DNA of 64,000 nucleotides from an uncultured Bacilli bacterium (GTDB lineage Bacteria; Bacillota_I; Bacilli_A; RF39; UBA660): NCBI GenBank assembly GCA_934102055.1, contig CAKOSE010000001.1, positions 53,740 to 117,739 of the forward strand, read 5' to 3'. Shown piece by piece: positions 49,607 to 59,509 of this stretch (position 1 is its first letter; each line of letters starts with the position of its first letter). The notes under the pieces were generated by a model. It saw only the letters and a program-made list of their open reading frames with translations, ran no database searches and was not told where the DNA came from. The position numbers and the translations under genes were made by a program.

Positions 49607-49654
49607 TTTCTACCCTCCTTATATTAAGTATATCACGGATAATGCAAATAGCAA

Positions 49655-49684
49655 CAAAAAAACCTTAATATATAAGGCTTTCTT
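49655..49684 (-). terminator. Internal terminator-like hairpin within the cluster
   Basis: Minus-strand AGCCUUA(uauau)UAAGGUU with one G.U pair, then a U7 run. Lies immediately after the GT2-TagF gene. Confidence 0.35.
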
Positions 49685-52364
49685 AGTTTTTATGGGTTTT
49701 ATCGTACTCCATAAGAGCTTTATATGCTCTTTCACAGTTTTTATTGTCTTTATGATAGAAAAATTCATCACATCTTTTTATGTATTTTTCTTCCATTTTG
49801 CAATCATTTTTAATTACTTTTATAATGTTATCTATAGTTTCGTCATAACTTTTACAATTTGGACCAAATCCATTTTTATCGTAATTAAAGTATCCTGGGT
49901 TATAATAATGAGTTTCAAAAATAGTATCAAAGTCAAAATTGGCATATACTACAGGTTTTCTTAGATAAGCAAAATCACAAGCTGATGATGAGTAATCAGT
50001 AACAATGAATTTAGATACTTTTGTTTCATATTGAGAATCAACGTCAATTGCTATATCAACATATTCGTTTCCTTTAAAATCATCGAATTGAGCTCTGAAA
50101 CTTGGATGAATACAAAATTTTATTTTTAAATTATGCTCTTTAAGAACTTTTTGTAATTTTTTATCGTTGAATAATTTATCGTAAAATTTAAAGTAATCAC
50201 TTTGGGTAAATTCTTCGTTATATTCTCTTCTTTGGGTTCCTGGAATAGTAGGTCCTGCAAGTTTAGATCTCCAGCTTGGCATAAATAAAATTTGATTTTT
50301 TTCTTTCTCTTTTAGGAAAAGGTTATCGTGACGAGGTAAACCACTTTTTATTAGTTGTTTTTCTTTAAAATAATATTCGCCTTCTAAAATGCTTTTGCAT
50401 TCTAAGGGACTTGTAACAACGTTTAAAGTAAAGTCTTTATTTATTCTGTTAAGCCAAGAAGAGGAGTCGTGAAGTAAAATCCCATGTGTTAAATAAATAT
50501 ATTTGAAACTATATAAATCTACGAAGAAAGATCTTTCTGCTCCACAAGCGTTATTAATGTAACCGTCTGCATGGGATGAAATGAGATACTTAGCATTTAA
50601 AAAGAATAGTTTATATTTAAATGTGTGATATTTTATGACTTTCCCATATTTTTTAATTCTTTCATAGTCTTCATATCCTTTATCTATTACAAAATAACAA
50701 TGTCTATTATCTGTGTTTTCTTGTGATAGTGTATATTTATATAGAGCTTCTGCATTATCTCTACCCATGAATTCTCTATCACAGAAAAGCCAAATATTTT
50801 TAGGCATAAAAGGCTTAGTAATGAAATAAATAAACCTAGTAAAGACTATTCTTATGAGAGATAAAACTTTTAATTTTCTATTTTTTTTCTTAGAATATAA
50901 GATTCCAAACCAATATCTTATTTCTTTTTTTATTCTTCCTAGTTTATTTGGTTTTTTTGTTATATTGATTTTGCCTTTTCCTTTTGTAACCATAAAATCG
51001 TCATGGATGTAATAACTTTTAGAAATATTGCTTATATGAGAATGTTTGATATAGGTATTTGTTACTTGATAATATTTATTATTATATTTGAAATAAAACT
51101 CTAAAACATCATTCTTTTTAAGGGGTATTGCAAGAGAATATCCTTCTTTTTTTATTATGTACTTATCTGAAAAATAAGTGTTAAATTTTGTTCTTGGATA
51201 AGTATTTATTTCAATGTAGTCTTTTGAATTTTTTAACTTATAAAATAGTTTTATGTCATTTGATAAATGTGTTATTCTACCATCAATATAAAGGGTATTA
51301 TTATCTATTTTTAAGATTTCAATTGTATTTCTTATACCTGATATTTTACATAGATTAGTATTGTTTACCAATACATCTTCATCTTTAAAAGTTACCTTTA
51401 TATTTCCTTTATTTTTTATTAATAAAGTAAGCATTTTGTAATAAGTTTTTATATTTTTTTGGTCAAGAATAACTTCGTCTTCAACATAAGTTAATAGTTT
51501 TTCGATAAGTTCTACATATTCTTTTTGTTCTTTTTCATCTAAAACATCAGTAAGACCATGTCTTATCTTCCACTGAAGATCATACATGATGAAATATTGT
51601 AGAAATTGTGGAACTTTTCCTAATTTTTTTTCATATATTTTGATTAGTTCAAGTTGGCAATTTTTTAAGGTATCAAGATACCATTCTTTTTTTAAATGGG
51701 ATGTTTGAATGGCTGATGTTTCTTCCATTCTTCTTCTGTAGTTATAAAGAGCATCAGATATGATACCATATTTTTGTTTATCTACTAATATTTGATAAAT
51801 AACTTTTGTATCTTCACTTATTTTTAAATTGGTATCAAAAGGATTGTTCCATAGTTTGTTTTTTCTTATGATACATGTTGGTATATGAAGTACTATACCA
51901 CTTGGTTCTTCTTTTAAATCAATTATTCTATTTCCTGTAAATTTATAATCTAAGTGATGATATGTGGTGAATTTTTCGAAGAATTTGATTCTAAAGGCTA
52001 CTAAATCAATTGAAGGGTTTTCGTCAAGCATCTTAATACCTTTTTTATAAGCATTTTTATCCCAAATGTCATCGCCATCAAAGAAATTTATATATTCTCC
52101 ATGTGCTAGTTTAAATCCAAGATTTCTTGCTGAGGATACTCCTCCATTTTTTTTCTTTTTATATACTATGTTATTTGGATATTTTTCTAGGTATTTTTTA
52201 CAAATTCTTTCTGAGTCATCTGGAGAACCATCGTTAATTAGGATAAGTTCTATATTTTCTTCGAATCCTATTGATTGTCTAATAACACTTTTTATTGCAT
52301 CTTCAAGATAATCTTCAACGTTGTATATTGGTATGATTGTTGTTATTTTATAATTTTTTTTCAT
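49683..52364 (-). CDS. Bifunctional GT2 glycosyltransferase / CDP-glycerol(ribitol) glycerophosphotransferase (TagF-like) fusion
   Basis: N-terminal GT2 (ITTIIPIYN...LINDGS). C-terminal TagF-family domain (HAD..., MPSWRS, IVTDYSS). Start MKKNYKITT at 52364; the annotated ORF extends to 52397. Confidence 0.7.
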   Translation of the reverse strand: MKKNYKITTIIPIYNVEDYLEDAIKSVIRQSIGFEENIELILINDGSPDDSERICKKYLEKYPNNIVYKKKKNGGVSSARNLGFKLAHGEYINFFDGDDIWDKNAYKKGIKMLDENPSIDLVAFRIKFFEKFTTYHHLDYKFTGNRIIDLKEEPSGIVLHIPTCIIRKNKLWNNPFDTNLKISEDTKVIYQILVDKQKYGIISDALYNYRRRMEETSAIQTSHLKKEWYLDTLKNCQLELIKIYEKKLGKVPQFLQYFIMYDLQWKIRHGLTDVLDEKEQKEYVELIEKLLTYVEDEVILDQKNIKTYYKMLTLLIKNKGNIKVTFKDEDVLVNNTNLCKISGIRNTIEILKIDNNTLYIDGRITHLSNDIKLFYKLKNSKDYIEINTYPRTKFNTYFSDKYIIKKEGYSLAIPLKKNDVLEFYFKYNNKYYQVTNTYIKHSHISNISKSYYIHDDFMVTKGKGKINITKKPNKLGRIKKEIRYWFGILYSKKKNRKLKVLSLIRIVFTRFIYFITKPFMPKNIWLFCDREFMGRDNAEALYKYTLSQENTDNRHCYFVIDKGYEDYERIKKYGKVIKYHTFKYKLFFLNAKYLISSHADGYINNACGAERSFFVDLYSFKYIYLTHGILLHDSSSWLNRINKDFTLNVVTSPLECKSILEGEYYFKEKQLIKSGLPRHDNLFLKEKEKNQILFMPSWRSKLAGPTIPGTQRREYNEEFTQSDYFKFYDKLFNDKKLQKVLKEHNLKIKFCIHPSFRAQFDDFKGNEYVDIAIDVDSQYETKVSKFIVTDYSSSACDFAYLRKPVVYANFDFDTIFETHYYNPGYFNYDKNGFGPNCKSYDETIDNIIKVIKNDCKMEEKYIKRCDEFFYHKDNKNCERAYKALMEYDKTHKN

Positions 52365-52384
52365 AAAGACTTTCCCCCCCTTTT

Positions 52385-53404
52385 TTAAATCTTCCATTTC
52401 ATAATAGTTTTGTAATCGTTATTAGCACTTGCTTCGAATGCTTTTGTTATGTCTTTTACATCATTTACTAGTATTTCTTCTGAAATGATATTAGTTAAAT
52501 AATCTACTGCATCTTTATTATTTTCTAAAAAATCTATAGAGGCTTTGAAATCTTCATAAGAACTTCTGCTATTTCCTATTAAGGTAAGACCTTTTTCTAA
52601 GACCATACGGGTATTTATTGGTACGTTATTTTCGTTTACTCCGAGTAATGCTATTGTTCCTTGGGGGTTAATTATGTCTATTATTTGATTTATTGCATTT
52701 TCTGATTTAGGACCGCCAACACATTCAAAAGCATGATCTACTCTTAAATCTTCTGGTATTTCATTAACTAAATAAGTTTCATCTGCGAATGGTAAATAGT
52801 TTAGTTTGGTTTCGTCTGCATCAAATGCTATTATTTTAGCATCTTTGTAAGCATATTTTAAGATGAGTGCTGTACAAAGACCAACGTTACCGCATCCCCA
52901 TACACCTAGGATTAATTTGTTTTTATGACTATAATTTTTAAAATGATCAAGTGCGTTCATTGACACGCTTAAAAGTTCTAGGAGTACTGCGACTCTATCT
53001 GGTATTTTTTTGTACTCTATGACTCTTTTTCTTGAAATACAGACAAAGGATTGCATAAAACCATCGATACCACTAGATTTGAATTTACTACTTCTTAAAT
53101 AGTTTTCTTTTATTACATCACTTTTTTCTACGGGAGTATTAGGAATCATCACTACTTTTGTACCTTTTTTGTAAAGACCTTTTGGATCATATATAACCTC
53201 TCCTACTGCTTCATGTATTAAAGCCATTGGAAGTTTTTTTCTTAGTATTTCTGGTTTTCTAAGTCCAAAAAAATATCTTTTATCTGCAGCACAAATAGAT
53301 AAATAAGTTGGTCTAACGATTATATCATCATCGTGTAAGTTTTCTTCGACTATATCTATTCTTATTTGTTTGGGAGAAGATAATCTATAAGAATGATTAA
53401 GCAT
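52385..53404 (-). CDS. tarJ: MDR zinc-dependent dehydrogenase, TarJ-like ribulose-5-phosphate reductase
   Basis: GVWGCGNVG Rossmann. Paired with tarI. Confidence 0.65.
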   Translation of the reverse strand: MLNHSYRLSSPKQIRIDIVEENLHDDDIIVRPTYLSICAADKRYFFGLRKPEILRKKLPMALIHEAVGEVIYDPKGLYKKGTKVVMIPNTPVEKSDVIKENYLRSSKFKSSGIDGFMQSFVCISRKRVIEYKKIPDRVAVLLELLSVSMNALDHFKNYSHKNKLILGVWGCGNVGLCTALILKYAYKDAKIIAFDADETKLNYLPFADETYLVNEIPEDLRVDHAFECVGGPKSENAINQIIDIINPQGTIALLGVNENNVPINTRMVLEKGLTLIGNSRSSYEDFKASIDFLENNKDAVDYLTNIISEEILVNDVKDITKAFEASANNDYKTIMKWKI

Positions 53405-54110
53405 CGTTTCTCACCGTAACTATTGCACTAGCTAGTTTTAAATCAAAAACAGTTGTAATCTTTATATTGAAAGTTTCTCCCATAACTATTTTAACTGGTT
53501 TATTTTTTAAAACAAATATTTTACAAGCGTCAGTAAGAATATCTTTTTCTTCTTCAGTTAAAGATGTATATAATTCCATTAGCTCAAGGATATTAAATGT
53601 TTGTGGAGTTTGTCCATAATATAAAACACTTCTATTAGGTATGGATTCTATTTCTTTATTATCTAAGCTTTTAATGATTGTATCAGTAGCAGGTATTACA
53701 GTATCTACTGCAGAACATTTTTTTCCGGCTTTTATATTGTCTTCAATTATTCTTTGGTTTATGAAAGGACGAACTGCATCATGGGTTACTATTATATCAT
53801 CTTTATTTATACCATAAGTTTTTTCTATATATTTGCAACCGTTTATTATTGATTCGTTTCTAGTGGAACCTCCACAAGTAACTTCAATATTATCGTTGTT
53901 TTTAATATATTTTTTGATTAAATCTTCAGTATAAGAAATCCAGTTTTTAGGAGTACAAACTATTATTTTATCGATATCCTTATTTATAACGAATTGTTCT
54001 ATTGTATGTATTATAATTGGCTTTTCAGAAAGCATCATAAATTGTTTAGGAAGATCTTTGTTTCCAAATCTTTTTCCATGACCTCCTGCTAGTATTTCTG
54101 CATAAATCAT
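53397..54110 (-). CDS. tarI: Ribitol-5-phosphate cytidylyltransferase (IspD family)
   Basis: MIYAEILAGGHGKRFG signature. 237 aa. Confidence 0.8.
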   Translation of the reverse strand: MIYAEILAGGHGKRFGNKDLPKQFMMLSEKPIIIHTIEQFVINKDIDKIIVCTPKNWISYTEDLIKKYIKNNDNIEVTCGGSTRNESIINGCKYIEKTYGINKDDIIVTHDAVRPFINQRIIEDNIKAGKKCSAVDTVIPATDTIIKSLDNKEIESIPNRSVLYYGQTPQTFNILELMELYTSLTEEEKDILTDACKIFVLKNKPVKIVMGETFNIKITTVFDLKLASAIVTVRNDA

Positions 54111-54128
54111 ATTATTACCTCTTTTCTT

Positions 54129-54893
54129 TTAATCTAAATTTTTCATAAATTCTTCGTATTTATCTACTATTTCGTCAGGTTTTCCGTCACCTTTTAGAAC
54201 ACCATCATTTATCCAAATTACTCTGTCACATAAACTTCTAAGTGTTCTTGAACTGTGTGATACTATGATTACGGTTCTATCTTCATCGGAAATAAGTTCT
54301 TTCATTTTATTGTAGCTTTTTTCTTGAAATCTAACATCTCCGACTGATAAAACTTCATCTATTAGCATTATATCTGTTTCAAGAATGGCAGTTATTGCAA
54401 AAGCAAGTTTTGAATACATTCCAGAGGAATAAGAATTAACAGGTTTATAAATAAAATCTCCTAATTCGGAAAATTCTATTATTTCGTCTATTCTTTCTTT
54501 TATTTGAGCTTCTGAGTATCCTAAGAGTAGTCCTGATAAGAATATATTTTCATATCCTGATAATCTTCTTTGGAAACCAACCCCGATAGAAAGAAGAGAT
54601 ATAGAATTATCATGTAAATCTATGGAGCCAGAATCTGCAGAAAAGATACCTGCTATAGCTCTTAGGAGTGTTGATTTACCTGATCCATTTTTGCCACAGA
54701 TACCAAGTATTTGCCCTTTTGGAATTTCAAATGAAATATTTTTAACAGCATGAAATTCTTTAGCGTTAAGTAGATTTTTAATACCAGATCTGGCTAAAGA
54801 AAATCTTTTTATATCTTTATAAAAAATATTTAAATTTTTAACAGTAATCGCAATTTCTTGCTTTTTTTTAGTCTTAACTTGTTCTTTTTCCAT
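54129..54893 (-). CDS. tagH: Teichoic acid/polysaccharide export ABC ATPase
   Basis: Walker A GKNGSGKST, LSGGM signature, Walker B. Confidence 0.8.
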   Translation of the reverse strand: MEKEQVKTKKKQEIAITVKNLNIFYKDIKRFSLARSGIKNLLNAKEFHAVKNISFEIPKGQILGICGKNGSGKSTLLRAIAGIFSADSGSIDLHDNSISLLSIGVGFQRRLSGYENIFLSGLLLGYSEAQIKERIDEIIEFSELGDFIYKPVNSYSSGMYSKLAFAITAILETDIMLIDEVLSVGDVRFQEKSYNKMKELISDEDRTVIIVSHSSRTLRSLCDRVIWINDGVLKGDGKPDEIVDKYEEFMKNLD

Positions 54894-55678
54894 TACTTCA
54901 TCACCTTTACATATGTATTTTCGTATTTATAAATAGTTCTTATACCGATTAATGAAAGAATGATTCCTATTACAAACCAAAATGCAAGTAGTTTTAAACT
55001 AGGAGTTTTCTGATACATTAAACATTTTCTAAAGGATGAAATTATTGCTGCAACAGGGTTAAATTTTTCTAGTAAACTACTATATGGCTTAGGTACTCTG
55101 TTTAAAGAAAAGAATACACCAGATATATAGAATAGCATTCTAAATAGAATTGGTACTAAGTTTTTTAGGTCTTCTACAAATACTCCAAAATGCATAAAAA
55201 TAGAGGCAAGTCCAAAAGTGACTAGATATAAAATTATATATATTGGAATAAAGAATAAGACATTCCAAGAAATAGGCACTTGATAGATAAACATACATAT
55301 AACAACTAAACTAAAGGATATTAAGAATTTAATAGTTTTTACTGACATGTTTGTTATCAAGAGAATGAATTTTGGTACATATACTTTTATAACGGTATCT
55401 CTATTATTTCTAACGAGTGATACTGCTGATGTAATTGTTCCTTGAAAGAAGTTCCATGCTGTAAGACCAATAAAGACAAATACTGTGTAGTATTCTTGTT
55501 TAGATTTAAATACTATGATAGATATAAATGTATAAATAAGCATAAAACAAATTGGATTAAGGAAAAGCCAAATCCAACTTAAATATGAACCAGTGACTTC
55601 AGTCTTTAACTGAGATTTAGTAGAATATTTAATATATTTCCAGTATTTTTTTAAGTCACCAAAAAACCTTTTAATCAT
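54893..55678 (-). CDS. tagG: ABC-2 type export permease
   Basis: 6-TM ABC-2 permease. Start MIKRFFGDLKKY at 55678. Confidence 0.75.
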   Translation of the reverse strand: MIKRFFGDLKKYWKYIKYSTKSQLKTEVTGSYLSWIWLFLNPICFMLIYTFISIIVFKSKQEYYTVFVFIGLTAWNFFQGTITSAVSLVRNNRDTVIKVYVPKFILLITNMSVKTIKFLISFSLVVICMFIYQVPISWNVLFFIPIYIILYLVTFGLASIFMHFGVFVEDLKNLVPILFRMLFYISGVFFSLNRVPKPYSSLLEKFNPVAAIISSFRKCLMYQKTPSLKLLAFWFVIGIILSLIGIRTIYKYENTYVKVMK

Positions 55679-56282
55679 TGTTAACACCATCCTTTTGTAA
55701 TTTACTATTTTCATATTCTTTTGGAGTATTAAAGTCAATTGTATCTTTGTCGACTATTATATATTTATCTGTTATTTTCTTTACGTCAAATTCTAAATTC
55801 ATAAATGATTGATAAACTTGCCAACCTTTACAATTTTTAATTTTTCCTTCTAAGTATAGTTTTCTAACACGATCAACGTGCTTTTTAAATAGCTTTCCAT
55901 CTTTTATTTTTATTGCTACTATCGATTTTTTATTTCCAAAGAATAGGATGTCATCTGGTTCAGCATTTAGAATAACATTTATAGATTCTTCTGGATAATA
56001 TGTATCTCCATATAGAAAACAAATATTATCTTCTATTAATTCCTCAGTAAATCTATCTATTTCTAAAACGTTATTTTTAGGTTCATATCTAGTAGAACCA
56101 TCTATATCATATCTTTTATCGTGAGAAGTAATAATAACATCTGGTTTGTCTAATTCTTCATTAAGTTGCCTAACAGTTCGTTTTATTAATGGTTCTCCAT
56201 TTATTGTAACGAAATGTTTTGGCAATCCTTTATAATTATTCCATCGAGTTGCTTTCCCATCACACATTATTATATATTTCAT
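55671..56282 (-). CDS. Putative nucleotidyltransferase (cytidylyltransferase-like)
   Basis: MKYIIMCDGKATRW...GLPKHFVTINGEPLI resembles the NTP-transferase N-terminal motif. Function is uncertain. Confidence 0.4.
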   Translation of the reverse strand: MKYIIMCDGKATRWNNYKGLPKHFVTINGEPLIKRTVRQLNEELDKPDVIITSHDKRYDIDGSTRYEPKNNVLEIDRFTEELIEDNICFLYGDTYYPEESINVILNAEPDDILFFGNKKSIVAIKIKDGKLFKKHVDRVRKLYLEGKIKNCKGWQVYQSFMNLEFDVKKITDKYIIVDKDTIDFNTPKEYENSKLQKDGVNND

Positions 56283-56290
56283 GTAATCAC

Positions 56291-57442
56291 CTAATTATCA
56301 ATATTTTTCATTATATAATCCCCAATTAATTTAGTAGATTGTCCTAATTTGCTTGGTAAGTATTTTTTTCTAAAATCTTCATATGCTTTAACATCATAAG
56401 TATCTTCGTTAATGATTCTGAATAAATCTTTTATGTTTTTTGACGTACAAGTTGGTAAAACTTTGGTAGCATCTAAGTTTATACCGTTTTCTGACATATA
56501 TTTGTCATAATCATAGACATAAAAAAGAACTTTTTTGTCAAGAACAGCAGCTTCTAAACATATTGATGAATAGTCTGTTATGACATAATCAGCAATAGCT
56601 AAAAGTTCTATATTCTTAAAGCCTGGACAATCATATATAATATTATGATCAAATTCAAGAGGTTGATTAGGATGACCTCTTACAATTAATACAAAATCAT
56701 CTTTATTGTATTCTTTAAACATTTTAGCTGGGCCATCTATATCATACTTTCTAAAAGTTGGAACATAATATACAATTTTTTTGTTTTTAAATTCAGGATA
56801 TTTCTCCAGTACTTCCTTTTTGAATTTATTTTCATTTTCTAAGAGATAATCTATTCTAGGAAGTCCATAATGTAATAAAACATCTTTTTTTACATTAAAT
56901 CCGGCTTCGTAAAAATCATCAAATGCTGGTCCTCCAGCAAGTATCTTTGTATAATTTTTATGCATACACATAAGTTCAGCCATTTTTTTGTTTCTTCCAG
57001 AGGCAGTATCAAGCGTTTGATATCCTGACTTTTTAATTTTACCAATAGAATGCCATATTTGCAAGACAACAAGGCTTTTTTTATGATTTAAAACACAGAC
57101 TGGGATGCAATAAGAATCAATTATTGCAATTTTTGATGTTGCTAAATGGTACATCTGTCTAATAATTGTAAAGAAATATGCTGTTTTTTTAAAGATATTC
57201 CCTTCAATTCTTTTACACAAGAATACCATTTTTATACTATTATCTCTTTTTCTTATTTCATCCCTTATCATACTAAAGTCTGTATTTATATCATTAGTTT
57301 GTCTGCTTATAAATACTATTTTCTTATTATTGGTAGGTAATAGTTTTAAAAAGAAATAAATAAATTTTAAGATACCTTTAAAAATATAAATAGCTATTGT
57401 TTTCATATTAATTATACCATTGGTAAACGTAATGATTGCCAA
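56291..57442 (-). CDS. CDP-glycerol glycerophosphotransferase family protein (TagB/TagF-like)
   Basis: TagF-family core (YYVPTFR, ITDYSS). Confidence 0.7.
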   Translation of the reverse strand: MAIITFTNGIINMKTIAIYIFKGILKFIYFFLKLLPTNNKKIVFISRQTNDINTDFSMIRDEIRKRDNSIKMVFLCKRIEGNIFKKTAYFFTIIRQMYHLATSKIAIIDSYCIPVCVLNHKKSLVVLQIWHSIGKIKKSGYQTLDTASGRNKKMAELMCMHKNYTKILAGGPAFDDFYEAGFNVKKDVLLHYGLPRIDYLLENENKFKKEVLEKYPEFKNKKIVYYVPTFRKYDIDGPAKMFKEYNKDDFVLIVRGHPNQPLEFDHNIIYDCPGFKNIELLAIADYVITDYSSICLEAAVLDKKVLFYVYDYDKYMSENGINLDATKVLPTCTSKNIKDLFRIINEDTYDVKAYEDFRKKYLPSKLGQSTKLIGDYIMKNIDN

Positions 57443-57452
57443 TTCCTTTCTT

Positions 57453-58400
57453 TTATCTTTTTTTATTAAAACTGATATAGTTTTCTACTTCATCTTCTAC
57501 TTTTTCACCAAAATCTAGGTATAAATTATATGACCATTTCCCTTTTGTTGAAAGATCTTTTCTTTTTACTATATTACCTTCATTTAGTTGTTCTTTTGCG
57601 TCGACAATCAAACTAGAGATACGAGGATTTTTTAAAAATGTAATTATTGCTTCTGATCCGTTTAGATCTTCGACCATGGATGGTTTAAAACTTCTATCAG
57701 TTTTTTCCCAAGTTTCTAAATAATCTGCTAAATCAGATAAATCTGGGAAAACGTCTTTTGTTTCAAATAATGATAAATAACTATAATCATCAAAAACATT
57801 ATATAATGCATCGTGTGACCAATCTAAGTATTCTGCATTTGTTAAATAATCTTTCTTTTTATAACCGAATTTATTATATTTTTCATTTATGTAATCTTTT
57901 ATTTCACTTTTATTTTCATTTACAATAGTAGGAACTACTTCTGTGAAATAAACTTTATCGGTTAATAAATGTGTTAAGTAACCTTTCATGAATGGTTCAT
58001 CCATTTTAGATTCATATTTTGAGTAAAAATAATCAATCATTGGAGAAAATTGATTGTAATCTACTTTTGATTCTGGTCTATCATCTACTGGTTGATAACC
58101 ATATTCCATTGTAATTTCAGGGGAAATGAATTTACTTTGATTTTCTTTTATAATGCTACCTGGTAAAAAATGCGAATGATTTCTTCCTGCTTTTCTCATT
58201 TGTGATGCAAATTTTTCTAATTCCGAAACTTCTTTTGTTTTTGATTTATCTTCTTTTTTCTCAGTTGTTTTTGGTTTTAGTTTTGGAGCATCGCAGGCAA
58301 TTGCTCCAAGTAAAAATTCTTTTAAATCATTTCCTTCGTAATGGAAAATATTTGCATTTGTTCTTAATGCTACTGCTAAATGTTGGGCTGTACTTGCCAT
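57453..58400 (-). CDS. Uncharacterised protein, paralog A (His-motif, putative metal-dependent enzyme)
   Basis: MASTAQHLAVALR... No TM. Shares blocks with the adjacent gene. Confidence 0.4.
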   Translation of the reverse strand: MASTAQHLAVALRTNANIFHYEGNDLKEFLLGAIACDAPKLKPKTTEKKEDKSKTKEVSELEKFASQMRKAGRNHSHFLPGSIIKENQSKFISPEITMEYGYQPVDDRPESKVDYNQFSPMIDYFYSKYESKMDEPFMKGYLTHLLTDKVYFTEVVPTIVNENKSEIKDYINEKYNKFGYKKKDYLTNAEYLDWSHDALYNVFDDYSYLSLFETKDVFPDLSDLADYLETWEKTDRSFKPSMVEDLNGSEAIITFLKNPRISSLIVDAKEQLNEGNIVKRKDLSTKGKWSYNLYLDFGEKVEDEVENYISFNKKR

Positions 58401-58411
58401 ATTATCACTCC

Positions 58412-59329
58412 TTAAATTTTATATTTATCTATATTATAATAGATTTCTTTAAATATGCTTTCTGTGTCTTTTTCTAATTTTTCATAATAATCATAAGTTA
58501 TGTAATCTAATGTTTGATTTTTTATAGCATTGTTAAATTTTATATTTTGTTTTATTAATCTGATATTTTTAGCTAAGTTATTAGCATTTTCTATGAAACT
58601 AATCATTGATTCTGTATCGTTTAGGTCTTCTATCATTGAAGGTTTAAAACTTTTATTTGATTCTTCCCAATTTCTTAAATATCTAGAAAGATTATAAAAA
58701 TCTGGGATTTTATTTTCATATTTTATAGTTAGAATTGTATTATATTTATTATAATCTTCGTACAGAAAGTGATGCGTCCATGCTAAGTATTCTCCATTAG
58801 AGATGTATTCTTTTTTCTTATAACCCAAAGAAGAATATTTTTCGTTAATGAAGGAATTTATGCTTTCGATATTATCGTTAATAATCATTGGGGTAATTAC
58901 TCTGAAGTATAAGTCATCAGTAATTAAATGAATTAGATACCCTATCATAAATGGTTCTTTAAAATAATCATAATACTTATTGATGAAATATTTTATCATT
59001 GGGCAAAACTGTTCATAGCAAATTACAGAATTGGCATTATCATCAACAGGATTATATCCGTAAATACTTGCGATTTCACTACTGATAAATATTTCTTTTT
59101 TATTTTCATTTGTGCTAGGTCTTAAATAATGAGTATAAGCTCTGGCGGATTTTCTTTCTAAAGTATCTGGCATTTTTATTCCTGTGGTTGTGTTTTTTGT
59201 AATATCTTTTTTGGGGGCATCACATACTATAGAGCCTAATAAGAACTCAGATAATTCATTTCCTTTAAAGTTAAAATAAATATCATTTATTCTTCTTGCT
59301 ATAGTTAAATGCTGTAAGGTACTAGCCAT
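58412..59329 (-). CDS. Uncharacterised protein, paralog B
   Basis: MASTLQHLTIARR... Shares FLLGxIxCDAPK, GYLxHLxTD and FKPSMxEDLN blocks with paralog A. Confidence 0.4.
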   Translation of the reverse strand: MASTLQHLTIARRINDIYFNFKGNELSEFLLGSIVCDAPKKDITKNTTTGIKMPDTLERKSARAYTHYLRPSTNENKKEIFISSEIASIYGYNPVDDNANSVICYEQFCPMIKYFINKYYDYFKEPFMIGYLIHLITDDLYFRVITPMIINDNIESINSFINEKYSSLGYKKKEYISNGEYLAWTHHFLYEDYNKYNTILTIKYENKIPDFYNLSRYLRNWEESNKSFKPSMIEDLNDTESMISFIENANNLAKNIRLIKQNIKFNNAIKNQTLDYITYDYYEKLEKDTESIFKEIYYNIDKYKI

Positions 59330-59509
59330 AAATTAAACTCCTCTCTAGTAATTATTATATCATACTATTGACGTAAAACAAAATTTTTACTTTATTATAC
59401 CTTGTTTTCTGTAGTAATTACCTAGTTTTTTATTACGTTGCCCTCCAAAAACTTGTATTATATTAACTCCTGATGAGTTATTGGCTTCGATTACAGAGAA
59501 ACTACTATA

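Noticed and set aside
49464-49964. 166-aa plus-strand ORF spanning the fnlA/GT2-TagF junction
   Set aside because: It overlaps the minus-strand fnlA N-terminal fragment (which has a strong RBS and a canonical GGTGSFG motif) and the 3' end of the GT2-TagF gene. It is a hydrophobic shadow ORF.
59465-59500. CUGAUGAG hammerhead-ribozyme-like core on the plus strand in the 180-bp gap upstream of the 58412-59329 paralog gene
   Set aside because: No compatible stem II/GAAA/stem III arrangement could be built around it. An isolated 8-mer is expected by chance in 128 kb of two-strand sequence.
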